From positions 5,326-69,325 of the forward strand of contig CAVUYQ010000034.1 in the NCBI GenBank assembly GCA_963745765.1: 64,000 nucleotides of DNA. Reading direction: 5' to 3'. Numbering within the stretch: position 1 is the stretch's first letter; each line of letters opens with the position of its first letter. Below, piece after piece: positions 41,150 to 51,595 of the stretch. The notes below the pieces were generated by a model that did not search any database, was not told where the DNA came from, and saw only the letters and a program-made list of their open reading frames with translations. The translations under genes were made by a program, and so were the position numbers. The stretch is from an uncultured delta proteobacterium (GTDB lineage Bacteria > Desulfobacterota > Desulfobulbia > Desulfobulbales > Desulfocapsaceae).

Positions 41150-41344
41150 ATGGCCAAGGTATGTCAGATTTGTGGTAAAGGACCGGTGACCGGGAATAAT
41201 GTTTCCCATGCCCACAACAAAACAAGAAGACGATGGCTCCCCAATCTGAAACGGGTTCGTCTGGTAACCGAGGGCGGTGGTGTCCGCAGGACACGTGTCT
41301 GTACCCGTTGTATTCGGTCAGGCGCCGTGGTAAAACCGGCTTAA
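41150..41344 (+). CDS. rpmB: 50S ribosomal protein L28
   Basis: [33 protein letters not shown]. Confidence 0.93.
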   Translation: MAKVCQICGKGPVTGNNVSHAHNKTRRRWLPNLKRVRLVTEGGGVRRTRVCTRCIRSGAVVKPA

Positions 41345-41369
41345 GGAAAACAGAGCAGATATGTTGTCG

Positions 41370-41402
41370 AGGCGAGAGGGGAAACCTGGCTCGCCTTTTT
41401 TA
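41370..41402 (+). terminator. rho-independent terminator after rpmB
   Basis: Stem AGGCGAG (41370..41376) / CTCGCCT (41390..41396) followed by a T run. Confidence 0.6.
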
Positions 41403-41416
41403 TTGGTGAGGTAGCT

Positions 41417-41671
41417 ATGGATGATAAAGAAATGACCTTCCTGCCGTTCGAGCAGGCTGCGAAAATTGTTGGAGCCATACAGGAAGAAGAAGACATACAC
41501 CGGAAAAACAAGCGTATTCTTACCGTCTACAATCAGGAAGACAAGGAAATCTGCTGGTTTGATTTCGAAGAAGTAATGAGAGACATCGGCGATGTACCTG
41601 CCGGTGATAAAACGGCAGCCGTTCAGCATTATATCCTCAATCGCATTCCCGAATGGGCTCTTGATATCTAG
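41417..41671 (+). CDS. hypothetical protein (84 aa)
   Basis: ORF with acidic, non-repetitive sequence. Its TAG stop is formed at the edge of MITE copy B. Confidence 0.45.
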   Translation: MDDKEMTFLPFEQAAKIVGAIQEEEDIHRKNKRILTVYNQEDKEICWFDFEEVMRDIGDVPAGDKTAAVQHYILNRIPEWALDI

Positions 41672-41819
41672 GAGCCTGTCGGATTATGTCGCTTTTTCCC
41701 CATCTCTGCGTTATTTTCTGAAAATCAATGCTCGCAATATTAGGTATATGGCTCCGCTTGATTTTCTTAAAATGCCTCGACCTGAGATAAAAATTGCTAT
41801 AATCCGGACAAGACTCCTA
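41669..41819. mobile_element. MITE-like element, family 1, full-length copy B (151 bp)
   Basis: TIRs GGAGCCTGTCGGA / TCCGGACAAGACTCC, TA on both flanks. Core is near-identical to copy A. 9-bp stem 41720..41728 / 41758..41766. Confidence 0.75.
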
Positions 41820-41916
41820 ACACCTGGATATTTCCGGGTTGAGACAGTCTGCTCGACTTTAGCCTGTCGATCGGGCCTTGGCGTGAACACTGCACAAACT
41901 TCCAGGTAGCAACCTT

Positions 41917-43365
41917 TTACACTTTTTTAAGCCACTCAATGAGGGGCTGGGGCTCTATATTGCAAATAGAGTCGGGTATCAGGTTATTTGCCCCGTTGTA
42001 TTCCATTCCGCTTCTGATAACCGACACTGGTCGGTCCGATGACACAACGACTATGACCGTGTGCGGGTTTTGTGCGGTAAATCGCAGGGCAGAGTTATAT
42101 CGTGCGCCGCGGGAGCGATCTTCCATGGCAATGGCCGGACCGTCAAGCAGGCAGGCAAAGCAATGAAGTTGGCGGTCTGAGCCGATTTGCAGGGCGCCGT
42201 CGACTCGAGCCAGATCACAGGCAAGATCGAGAAGGTTGGATCGTTCCAGGTCGAGCTGTGTTTCGAGATTCTGACCGGCTATCTGAGTCAGCGGCTGGTT
42301 CAGATCCACAACGACGGTGCAGCCGAAATGTTCTGTCTCGGCGTAATGCACGATGGAGGTAACGATATGATAGAGGCTGCTCCGTTCTGAGCTGTCGAGA
42401 TCGTAATCGAGCAGCGCTTCTTCAATCTGGAACAGTTTCGCCTGGTGGGTTGTCGATGAGTAATTCCCGTCGGCGAAGCTGCAGATACTCTGGCCATTGA
42501 CTCGTAGAAAACCAAACAGCCCTCGAAAATCGGCGCTTATATGAAAGGGTTCGATTCGGCCCCTGGCTACGCCAAGAATATGTACGCCATCCGATACAAG
42601 ATGATTTCTGAATTTCTGGACAGTCTGCAATAATTTCCTCACATGCTTGAGATTATTAAGGGGAGGTTGCTCGTGGTGGTGAAAACGTGCGAGAAAATCA
42701 AGAGAGTCGACATGGCATGATTCGATGAAAACAAGTTCACCGTTCGGAGATTTCCTTTCCTCCCTTGTTTTGGAAATGCCAAGTATTGCGTTAAGGATGG
42801 CATAGATGTCCAGACGGGTTTGTTCCTTGGAAAACAGCTCGCATTCCCGCCTAATATGATCATTGACCGCATGGGTGGCGTATTCACGCAGAAACCGTCC
42901 TGATATGCCGGAATACAAATCTCTTTTGTTGGCTATGTCGTGGGAAAAACGCAGGGTCGTATGTTCAAGCCAGCGTTCGGTTGGTCCGGTGGAAAGGATT
43001 TCCGGATGATGTTCGGTGAACCACATCTGGTACATCACCGGCCCGGATTGCCCGCCAGATGAGATGATACCATCGATATCGATGTTGGTGATTTTTTCTA
43101 TCTGGTTATAGGGTTTATCCTGAAATTGGTGAATGACCGGAATGGCGGTTTGGTCATGGTCGAAAAACGTTGATAAAATCTTACTTTCATGACCGCGAAG
43201 CAGGTTAAGCGGATCACAGATGAAAAAATCTTCCTGAACATGTAACCGGAAAATGACCGCGACCCTGCTGTTTCCGGAATATCGAGTAAGACCGTCTTTA
43301 ACCCCTGTCAGTATTTCCCTGACAACCTGATTGATAAAGCTCTTTTCTTTTCCTGTAGTCATCAA
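41917..43365 (-). CDS. uncharacterised N-terminal region fused to a C-terminal DisA_N-like (diadenylate cyclase fold) domain
   Basis: The C-terminal ~130 aa read HFGCTVVVDL...ARVDGALQIGSDRQLHCFACLLDGP...DRSRGARYNSALRFTAQNPHTVIVVVSSDRPVSVI. This parallels the DAC pattern ..GALIVI..DGA..I...L.....GTRHRAA......VIVVSEE.G.IS. Confidence 0.6.
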   Translation of the reverse strand: MMTTGKEKSFINQVVREILTGVKDGLTRYSGNSRVAVIFRLHVQEDFFICDPLNLLRGHESKILSTFFDHDQTAIPVIHQFQDKPYNQIEKITNIDIDGIISSGGQSGPVMYQMWFTEHHPEILSTGPTERWLEHTTLRFSHDIANKRDLYSGISGRFLREYATHAVNDHIRRECELFSKEQTRLDIYAILNAILGISKTREERKSPNGELVFIESCHVDSLDFLARFHHHEQPPLNNLKHVRKLLQTVQKFRNHLVSDGVHILGVARGRIEPFHISADFRGLFGFLRVNGQSICSFADGNYSSTTHQAKLFQIEEALLDYDLDSSERSSLYHIVTSIVHYAETEHFGCTVVVDLNQPLTQIAGQNLETQLDLERSNLLDLACDLARVDGALQIGSDRQLHCFACLLDGPAIAMEDRSRGARYNSALRFTAQNPHTVIVVVSSDRPVSVIRSGMEYNGANNLIPDSICNIEPQPLIEWLKKV

Positions 43366-43578
43366 TGGATACGGGGTAAAGGATAAGCAAAGTGCAACAC
43401 CTCAGGTATGTTAGACAATTCTTTGGATTTGGTGAAGTACTTTTTTTGGGTGCCTTCCTGTTTACCGATCATGCAGGCCGGAGCTGCTCCATGATGCAGG
43501 CGTTAGGAGGTGATCTAAGCACCTGGTATCGATCATTAAAGAAAGAGCTGAACCCATGCTGAAGCCGGGCGCCGCCTG

Positions 43579-45592
43579 TTACCAGTCAAACCTCGCAACA
43601 TTGTCCAGCGCGTCAACCTTGACAACCCGCACCGAGATCCTGGTTCCCGGTTCAGGCAAAGGTACACGGCTTGCCGGAAGGTCAATGTCCATGAGAATAT
43701 CAGTAAGAAGCAGGTTGACACGCTTCGGTTTACTTATAATGACAATTGCCTCAAGTGGTGTATTTTGCCGTTCCTCAAGGTATTTTAACAGCCAGAATCG
43801 ATGCCTCTGCTGTTTTACGTTGTTCGCTGTTGACAGTGTTCTGGAAATAACAGAGGTGAAATCCTTGCACATTTCCTTGGTAAAACAGAGACTGCGGCGC
43901 CGTACGAGATTATTGAGCTGGTGCTGCATAACCAGATCGAGCAAGCGTCTGATAGGTGACGTCACCGTTGTATAATAGCCGACGCCCAGTCCACTGTGTG
44001 GCTTGGCTTCGGTGAGAAGCTCGCTTCGCGGCAGATTTTTGCGCTGCAGGGTATTGAGAAAAAGGTCATCATCTTCGCCATGCACTACCCGCCTGGTAAT
44101 TTTGGCCTGTGATCTGAAAATCCCGGGAGACATGCGGTCTGAAACATACCGGGCCGCTTCGGTATTTGCCAAAATCATCATTTCAGAAATGATGGTTCGG
44201 GCCGGGGTATCCGTCTTGCCAAGAGAGACATGGGGCGTACCGTTACCATCTATATGGATGTTAACGTCCGGAAAGGGCAGCAAAAGTGCGCCGGCATCAA
44301 TTCTTCGCCGTCTGAGCTTTTGTCGCAGCATGTTAAGGATAGACAGATCAGGATCTGAGGAGATCATCCTGTCAGCGTCCTCATAGGTCAGCCGTCTTGC
44401 GACACGGATGATTGATGGAAATATTCGTACCTTCAGGACATCGGCTTCCGGTGAAAGCAAAATCATATAACTAAAGGTCGCTCTAATCTCACCCTGTATG
44501 AGACTGCATACGCCCTGCGAAAGATGACGCGGCAGCATCGGCACCTGGCCTTCCGGAAAGTACAGAGAAGTTCCTCTGTCCATGGCCTCCTGAAACAGCG
44601 GGTCCCCGGGTCTGACATAGTGAGCCACATCGGAGATATGAATCCCAACCAGATAATTGCCATCCTGTTTTTCGACAGTCAGGGCATCATCAAAATCAAG
44701 GGTAGTCGCGCCGTCTATCGTCAGAGGGGCGAGGTGTGTGAGGTCTACACGAGCCGGATCCTCGAATAATGACTCATTACCACATTGCAGAATAGCTTCG
44801 GCACGCTGTCTGGCCTTTGTACTGAATGCGGTCGGCAGTTTATTCCGAAGAAGGGGGATATTGATATTGTTCTTCCAGATACCGTTTTTTACAAAGAGAT
44901 GGTAGATATCATGGGGTTTGGTAAACCCGGATTCTTTCAGGATTTGTCTGGCTGTATCCGGCTTGCTCTGCCTCAGATCCATAGAGATAATAATCCTGCA
45001 GAATCGAGACAATTTTCTCTTCAGACGCGAAGAGTGCAGGAGCCTCATTCTGCTGGGTGGAAATTCTTTTTATAAAGGAAATGCCGTTAGCAACAAGTTG
45101 CAGCTTTTCCGCTTCTTTTTCCAACTGCTGCTTCAGTTGTTCGACTTTTTCAGGAGAGTGGACCTTGATCTTTCCCTCCCGATATTTAAAGAAAAGTTTA
45201 TCCTTGAATACGGAGCGTAGAAAGGCTGAAACTATATCATCATCGGCAGTGCAGCCGAAGGTGAGTTCGGCGAGAAAATGAGGTTCGAAGGTGTCTGTCC
45301 TTTCATCTGAGGCCAATTCCCAGAGCATTTCAAGATCGACACGTTCCATCAGGGTATGACGCTTGTTTGTCGTATCTTTGAGGAGTTTTATCAGTGTGTC
45401 TCGATCCGGCGCTGTGTTATGGCTGGTTTCCGAGCAGTGGACAATCCTCGATATCGGCAGATTGATCTCCCTGCCGTTCTGATTGAGCAGACGGACACGT
45501 TTCGGCTGGCTATCGGTGACAAGACCACAGATGAACTTGCCGTTGTCGAGATACTCGATGAGCTTGCCTGAATAGATACTGAATAAAACCAT
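43579..45592 (-). CDS. RNase II/R-family 3'-5' exoribonuclease (RNB + C-terminal S1-like), one frame disruption
   Basis: RNB motifs LTIDGATTLDFDDAL...GIHISDVAHYV...TSLYFPEGQVPMLP and TSPIRRLLDLVMQHQL (43579..45048). The N-terminal 227-aa piece is in ORF 44909..45592. The frames join near 44960..44985. Confidence 0.85.
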
Positions 45593-45639
45593 ATTAGCGA
45601 GTTATTTACGTTTCCTGCAAAGGGCCGGGATAATTATGG

Positions 45640-45778
45640 CCACCTTGAATAATTGTCTTTTCGTCCGATCTCTGCGTTATGCTCGAAATTTTATCCTCGG
45701 AATATTGATTATATACCTGCGGCAAAATTTCTCGCATGCCTTAATCTCGAACGAATATCCTCATTATTCAAGGTACCC
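45640..45778. repeat. MITE-like element, family 2, full-length copy D (~139 bp)
   Basis: 12-nt inverted termini ACCTTGAATAAT (45643..45654) / ATTATTCAAGGT (45763..45774). Core ATCTCTGCGTTAT (45668..45680) is identical to copy B. 8-bp stem 45685..45692 / 45724..45731. Confidence 0.6.
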
Positions 45779-45932
45779 GTATTAGTAAGAATCAAATTTC
45801 CTTTTTTGTGTCGCTTGTTTCCGGGAAAGTGATCTGTTTTTTCACTCAAACTGTTAAATATAGTGTATTTTAGTGTTTTCACCACGCTATAATCTCACTT
45901 AAAAGATAAATTTTTTCAATGCGGCGTAAAAA

Positions 45933-46844
45933 ATGGATTTTTTCCAAGACGAATCAGTGATTTCCGGAAAGGTCGCTTTAGTTGGACCGCCTAATGTCGG
46001 TAAATCTACGTTACTCAATACCTTGCTGAAGCAGAAAATTTCAATAGTAACGCCGAAACCTCAAACGACAAGAAACCGAATTGCCGGGGTGTTAAACGAA
46101 GCTGACTATCAGATTGTTTTTCTCGATACGCCCGGCTTGCATCGATCTGGTTCTCTGCTTAATCGTGAACTTGGCAGAATCGCCATGGCAAGTTTTAGGG
46201 ATGTGGATGCTGTCGTCTTTATGCTCGATGTCTCCAGTGCCTTACCGGGACCAAAACAACGAGAAAAACGCGAGGAATACCTGGAGTATTTTAAAGAAAT
46301 CAGCTGTCCGGCCCTGCTGCTGCTGAACAAGATCGATCTGGTCGATAGAACGATGGTCCTGTCGCTGATAGCAACCTATTCAGAACTTTACCCGTTTAAA
46401 GCTATCATACCGATTTCAGCAAAAAAAGGTGATGGTACAGATAGGCTTGTCCAGGAGCTGCTTGCCTTCCTGCCAAAAGGCTATCGTTATTTTTCCGAGG
46501 ACGTGCCGACTGATGCGAGCCAACGGTTTCTTGCCGCTGAAATTATCAGGGAAAAAGTCTTTCTGTTGACCGGGCAGGAAATTCCCTATTCTTCTGCTGT
46601 AATGATTGATTCTTTCAAGGAGGAGTCTCATCGCGTTACCATTCATGCGACCATCTATCTTGAGCGACCCTCACAAAAGGGGATTGTCATAGGAAAAGGA
46701 GGCAGCAAACTCAAGGCAATAGGCACAGCAGCCCGGCATGATATTGAGCAGATGGTGAACAACAAGGTTGTCCTGAAGCTATGGGTAAAAATACGTAAAA
46801 ACTGGTCGAGCGACGCATCTTTCCTCAAAGAACTGGGGTTCTAG
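45933..46844 (+). CDS. era: GTPase Era
   Basis: G1 motif GPPNVGKST, TTRN, DTPG, NKID. C-terminal KH domain. Confidence 0.93.
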   Translation: MDFFQDESVISGKVALVGPPNVGKSTLLNTLLKQKISIVTPKPQTTRNRIAGVLNEADYQIVFLDTPGLHRSGSLLNRELGRIAMASFRDVDAVVFMLDVSSALPGPKQREKREEYLEYFKEISCPALLLLNKIDLVDRTMVLSLIATYSELYPFKAIIPISAKKGDGTDRLVQELLAFLPKGYRYFSEDVPTDASQRFLAAEIIREKVFLLTGQEIPYSSAVMIDSFKEESHRVTIHATIYLERPSQKGIVIGKGGSKLKAIGTAARHDIEQMVNNKVVLKLWVKIRKNWSSDASFLKELGF

Positions 46845-46879
46845 CAGTAAGACGGCAAGCATACCTGCCGGATGAGAGT

Positions 46880-47284
46880 TCAGCTCTTTCCCCGGGAGGG
46901 ACCCGGTGTGCGGGAAGAAATTTTTTCTACCACCTTCCTGTAGTAAGGATCATCGTCATTAATCGATGATGGTCGGGATCGCTGGCTGTCCAGTTTCATC
47001 AGTAAGACATTCAATTTTTTTATCTGCTTGATCCGAAGGTGCGCGTCCTCGGTCTTTGCTATCAGATCTTCAAGTTTTTGTACTTCTTTTCTTGTTTCGA
47101 TCTCAGGGGGGAGGTAACCGCTGTTCTTGAGAATTTTATAGGCCATTCTGAGATCCTCCGGGACAAAACCGTCCTCTCTCTCGAGAGGCAGCGGCCTGTT
47201 CTTCCAGCTCTCGGTGTTCAACGTTCCGTCCTTGATCGCCTCTGCGATACGTCGCTCGGCTATGATATACAATGCCTGGTTCAA
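46880..47284 (-). CDS. DUF1992 (DnaJC28-like) domain protein
   Basis: IIAERRIAEAIKDGTLNTESWKNRPLPLE...MAYKILKNSGYLPPEIETRKE. Confidence 0.75.
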   Translation of the reverse strand: MNQALYIIAERRIAEAIKDGTLNTESWKNRPLPLEREDGFVPEDLRMAYKILKNSGYLPPEIETRKEVQKLEDLIAKTEDAHLRIKQIKKLNVLLMKLDSQRSRPSSINDDDPYYRKVVEKISSRTPGPSRGKS

Positions 47285-47311
47285 TGTTTTCGTTCCATGC
47301 TGTGAATTTCA

Positions 47312-47374
47312 GGCCACCTTGATCTCGAAGCAATAGCCTGATTATTAAAGGTATCCCTTATTATTCAAGGCACC
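47312..47374. repeat. MITE family 2, internally deleted copy E (~63 bp)
   Basis: GGCCACCTTGA (as at the left end of D) is joined to TCTCGAAG...ATTATTCAAGGCACC (as at the right end of D). Confidence 0.5.
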
Positions 47375-47388
47375 ATAGAGACTCAAGC

Positions 47389-48765
47389 TCACTGGGCCTT
47401 CTCAGTTTTCGATTCATTTCTGAAAGAGGAATAGAGTGCGAGACTCTTCAGAATATCAAAGGCTGACTGGAGCTGATTGTCATCCTGCAGACGGGAAAGA
47501 ACATCTTCGGGAATAGAATCTGATGTTTTTTCCTGGCCTATTTCGCTATTGGAAAAATGGTTTTCCAGATCTGCTTCCCGAACCTGTTGGGTTTGGTCTT
47601 CTTGCTGATCGGATGATACCGGTTCGCTTGCCTCAATAATGACGTCAGGTGTGATGCCGGTCGCCTGGATGGAGCGTCCACTGGGGGTATAGTAGCGGGC
47701 CGTTGTCATTTTCAGGGCGGCGCCATCGGCAAGTGGAATGATGGTTTGCACGGATCCCTTGCCAAATGTCTGTGTTCCGACAACTATCGCCCGATGATGA
47801 TCCTGCAGAGCTCCTGCAACAATTTCAGAGGCGCTTGCTGTTCCCTCATTGACCAGTACCACTATGGGATAGTCGGGCTGGGTACTATTTGCATTAGCCT
47901 CAAAACTCATATCCTGATCGCTCTTCCTGCCCCGGGTAGAGACGATCAACCCTTCATCAAGAAACAGGTCTGAAATGTTTACCGCCTGATCGAGCAATCC
48001 GCCAGGATTGTTCCTGAGATCAATAATGAGGCCTTGCAGGGAAGTTTTTTCCTGGAGGCTTTTGAGTTTATCTTTTGCCTCTTTCGTGGTGTTTCTCTGG
48101 AAGTTGGAAATTCGTATGTAGCCGAAACCCGGTTTGATGGTAAAGGACTTGACAGAGTATACCGGGATATTTTCTCGAACGAGGGAATATTCCTTGAGTG
48201 TTTCTGCTCCTTCCCGGTAAATGGAAAGGCTTACTTCAGTGCCTTTGTTGCCCCGGAGCATTTTCACTGTTTCAAAGAGGGTTTTTCCTTTTGTTAACTG
48301 ACCGTCAATCTTGATTATCTTATCATTCGTCTTGATTCCGGCTTTCTGGGCAGGAGTGTCTTCAATAGGTGAAATTACCGTAACCACGCCGTCACGGAGC
48401 GTTATTTCGATCCCGATGCCGGTAAAGGACCCGTTGGTATCATCTTGAAATTCACGGTAGCTTTCAGGTTTCAGGTAGGAAGAATGAGGATCAAGAGAAG
48501 TTAACAAGCCGTCGATGGCGCCCTCTATTGCTTCTCTGGCCTGCAGTTCTTCTACATAGTTATCCTGCAGGATACTCAGTACGTTGGCAAATGTCTCAAG
48601 GTAATGATACATGTCTTCCTGCTGTTTCTGTTCTTCCGCAGCATAGACACTGCTTTGCATTAATAACAAACAGAGGATTATCGCTTGGGCAGGAGAAGCA
48701 ACTTTTCGTAAAATGGCTGGTATCATCTTTATAAAATGACTAGGTTTTTCAGGATGTATCATCAA
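47389..48765 (-). CDS. ctpA: S41-family carboxy-terminal processing peptidase
   Basis: PDZ region plus GTASASEIVAGALQDHHRAIVVGTQTFGKGSVQT. Confidence 0.9.
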   Translation of the reverse strand: MMIHPEKPSHFIKMIPAILRKVASPAQAIILCLLLMQSSVYAAEEQKQQEDMYHYLETFANVLSILQDNYVEELQAREAIEGAIDGLLTSLDPHSSYLKPESYREFQDDTNGSFTGIGIEITLRDGVVTVISPIEDTPAQKAGIKTNDKIIKIDGQLTKGKTLFETVKMLRGNKGTEVSLSIYREGAETLKEYSLVRENIPVYSVKSFTIKPGFGYIRISNFQRNTTKEAKDKLKSLQEKTSLQGLIIDLRNNPGGLLDQAVNISDLFLDEGLIVSTRGRKSDQDMSFEANANSTQPDYPIVVLVNEGTASASEIVAGALQDHHRAIVVGTQTFGKGSVQTIIPLADGAALKMTTARYYTPSGRSIQATGITPDVIIEASEPVSSDQQEDQTQQVREADLENHFSNSEIGQEKTSDSIPEDVLSRLQDDNQLQSAFDILKSLALYSSFRNESKTEKAQ

Positions 48766-50021
48766 GGTGTTGTCTGAGCTGCTTTTGTTTCCGGCAGGAC
48801 CAGCTTGGATATGTCGAGCCAGAGAAGTGGGTCTAGATTCTCTGAGTCATGTCTTATCTCGATATAAAGCCCTTCACTCATCAGGGTAGCAGTGTCTCCC
48901 ATGAGTCCGATTTCTGTCTGTTCGTTGACTTTGTCGCCTTTTTTTACAAGCAGGCGCTCAATCCGTGAGGTAACAGAATAATACTGGTAACCATGATTCA
49001 CAATAATGGTATTTCCGTATCCCCTGAGGTACCCTGAGTAAATCACCTCGCCTTCATGAATAGCTTTGACGATGGTTCCGCTCGGCGCCGCGATAGCGAT
49101 TCCTTTTGAAATCGAACTGATTCCAAGGCGATTGGTTATCTCTTCCTCAAATTGTGAAACGACCTTGCCATTGATCGGAGGAGCCATTTTCCCTTTATTT
49201 CTGAGAAAACTCTGATCAATAAGATCTCCTTTCTTTTCAAGCACCTGGATGTGAGATGACAGTGATGTGCTCGCTTGTTTCATCTCGACTATCGCCTGCT
49301 CATGCAGCTTGGTCTCGGTACGTATGCGTGCCAGAAGAATTTCTTTTTCCTGTTTTATGAGATCGAGTTTTTCTTTTTCATTGATATTCTGGCTGATAAA
49401 ATCCTTGAGCAAGCCCTGTTCCAGCTCAAATGACTGAATTGAACGCTCAAGTTCTCCAATGGTGTGCCGATAGGTATCTATCACCTGTCGATCATATTTA
49501 ATCAGTGTCTGGAAAGAATCATTTATCTGCAGGAGTTCAGGGAGGTTTTTAGTGGAGAAAGCCACATTCATGAAACCGATATTACCGGTCTTGTAGTACG
49601 CCTTGATTCTTTTCTGCAGATGTCCCTGGACGGTATCCTTTTCCTGGCGTGAACGAGCCAGCTCCCGTTCCTTTACCGTGATCAGTTCCTGTTGGGCCTG
49701 CATGCGATCCTCAAGAACGTCGAGTTTTTCTCTTTGTTCAAGGAGCCTGCCGTCAATATCCTGGAGTTCAGCAAGCAGGTTTCGTTCCTGCTGCCGGTTT
49801 TGTTTGACCTGTTCCTGCTGTCTCTGGATACCCTGCTGCAAGCGACGAATATTGATGCGGTATTTCTTGATGCCCTGGGATATCTCGCTCTTTTTAGCTT
49901 CTCGTTCACTGGTTGTCTCACCTGAACTGTTGGTGCTCAAAAATATGGTGAATACAAAAATGGCGCAAGCGCTAGCGATCATTCTGGTGAACGCAGAAGT
50001 TGGGATGAGAAGTTTATCCAT
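48762..50021 (-). CDS. envC: EnvC-like murein hydrolase activator (coiled coil + M23/LytM domain)
   Basis: Long Q/E/K-rich coiled coil. C-terminal GIAIAAPSGTIVKAIHEGEVIYSGYLRGYGNTIIVNHG. Follows ftsEX. Confidence 0.85.
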   Translation of the reverse strand: MDKLLIPTSAFTRMIASACAIFVFTIFLSTNSSGETTSEREAKKSEISQGIKKYRINIRRLQQGIQRQQEQVKQNRQQERNLLAELQDIDGRLLEQREKLDVLEDRMQAQQELITVKERELARSRQEKDTVQGHLQKRIKAYYKTGNIGFMNVAFSTKNLPELLQINDSFQTLIKYDRQVIDTYRHTIGELERSIQSFELEQGLLKDFISQNINEKEKLDLIKQEKEILLARIRTETKLHEQAIVEMKQASTSLSSHIQVLEKKGDLIDQSFLRNKGKMAPPINGKVVSQFEEEITNRLGISSISKGIAIAAPSGTIVKAIHEGEVIYSGYLRGYGNTIIVNHGYQYYSVTSRIERLLVKKGDKVNEQTEIGLMGDTATLMSEGLYIEIRHDSENLDPLLWLDISKLVLPETKAAQTTP

Positions 50022-50036
50022 CGGCCCTTGACCAGA

Positions 50037-50924
50037 TCATATGCGCAGGAATTTCTGCATAGAAGAATAACTCCCGACGGTGCAGAGGACAATGGAGATG
50101 ATCAGAATGGTAAAGATGATCTGCGGCTGGAAAAATGAAAATTCAAACAGGCTCAGGATTCCAGGTCCTGAAAATTTAATTTTTATCCACTGAAAAAGAC
50201 TGAAAAGTGAGATAATACCCAGGGTTGATCCGAAGAGTCCCTGCAGGATGCCCTCGATGAGAAACGGGGTCCTGATGTAATTATTCGTAGCACCGACCAG
50301 TTTGAGCAGCTCAAGTTCTGCCTGTCTGCCGAGAATAGTCAGCCTGATGGTATAGGAAACCATGAAGACGGAGGTAAGAATCAGCAGTCCGCCGCTGAGA
50401 AAGACGATGATGGAAAGCAGGCGGGTGAAATAGTAAAAGCGTTCTATCCAGTCCTGACCATATTGTACTTTCAGGGTACCCGGCAGCTTACTGAGGTAAT
50501 CCGAAAACAGTTTTACCTGACTGAGACTTCGCAGGTTTTTCAGGGGTACTACTTCGATGGAAGCAGGCAAAAAATCACGCGGCATATCATCAAGAACGTC
50601 ACGATCCTCTCCAAGCTGATTGGCAAAACGGTCATAGGCTTCCGATTTTGAGATAAAACGGATATCTTCAACTTCGTCAAAAGCCAGTATCTTGCGTCTC
50701 AACTGTTCCTGCATTTCAATTCCGGGTTCCTCTTCAAGATAGACGATAAGCTGTAGATCGTCGCCAAGCTTATCTCCGACATTGAGCATGTTGTTATAGA
50801 CCAGATAGAAAAAAGCAAAGATAAGGACAGAAAGACTGACAGTGAGAAAGGTCATGAACTGGGATGGCCAGGTCTGGCGAATGTTGCGGCCTACCTGGCG
50901 GAATACGGCAAACCAGAAACTCAT
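50037..50924 (-). CDS. ftsX: cell division permease FtsX
   Basis: N-terminus FRQVGRNIRQTWPSQFMTFLTVSLSVLIF, four TM segments, overlaps the ftsE stop. Confidence 0.9.
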   Translation of the reverse strand: MSFWFAVFRQVGRNIRQTWPSQFMTFLTVSLSVLIFAFFYLVYNNMLNVGDKLGDDLQLIVYLEEEPGIEMQEQLRRKILAFDEVEDIRFISKSEAYDRFANQLGEDRDVLDDMPRDFLPASIEVVPLKNLRSLSQVKLFSDYLSKLPGTLKVQYGQDWIERFYYFTRLLSIIVFLSGGLLILTSVFMVSYTIRLTILGRQAELELLKLVGATNNYIRTPFLIEGILQGLFGSTLGIISLFSLFQWIKIKFSGPGILSLFEFSFFQPQIIFTILIISIVLCTVGSYSSMQKFLRI

Positions 50925-51595
50925 TGTACGCGACCCTCCCTGACCAGATGAAGCTTGCCATTACGCAGTTCCATAATGCGATGCGGTGTATCTCGATAAA
51001 TGGAATGGTCATGGGTGGCAATAACAACGGTTGCTCCGGAGTTATTGCATTTTGTAAGTAATTGCATGACACGGGTGGTGGTGGTCGAATCCAGGTTCCC
51101 TGTCGGTTCGTCGACCAGTATCAGCGTAGGAGAGTTTGCTACCGCCCGGGCAAGAGCAACACGCTGCTGCTCACCTCGTGACAGTTCGCCGGTGATGGTG
51201 TTATGCTTGTCAGTCAAAGCCAGTATTTCCAAAAGGTCTTTCACCCGTTTATTAATGAGTTGCGGTTTTTTATAAGAAACCTCCATGGAGATGGCGACAT
51301 TTTCAGCAACAGTCCGATCGAGCAGCAGTTTGAAGTCCTGGTAGGCAACACCGATCTTCTGCCGCATCTTGGCCAGTTTTTTCCCGCGTATTTTCTGTAT
51401 GTCACGGCCACCGATTTCAATCAGACCGCTCGATGGAAATTCCATGCTGCAGAGAAGTTTGAGAAGGGTAGTCTTCCCTGCTCCACTCATGCCGGTCAGG
51501 AAAAACATTTCCGCATCGGCGATAGAGACAGATACGTCCAGCAGGGCATGTACATCCGGTGGGTACGTCTTGCTGACCTTTATCATTTCAATCAT
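50921..51595 (-). CDS. ftsE: cell division ATP-binding protein FtsE
   Basis: MIEMIKVSKTY...GMSGAGKTT...LSRGEQQRVALARA...LVDEPTGNLD. The ORF is open to a TTG at 51679. The start is uncertain (51595 or 51622). Confidence 0.9.
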   Translation of the reverse strand: MIEMIKVSKTYPPDVHALLDVSVSIADAEMFFLTGMSGAGKTTLLKLLCSMEFPSSGLIEIGGRDIQKIRGKKLAKMRQKIGVAYQDFKLLLDRTVAENVAISMEVSYKKPQLINKRVKDLLEILALTDKHNTITGELSRGEQQRVALARAVANSPTLILVDEPTGNLDSTTTTRVMQLLTKCNNSGATVVIATHDHSIYRDTPHRIMELRNGKLHLVREGRVQ

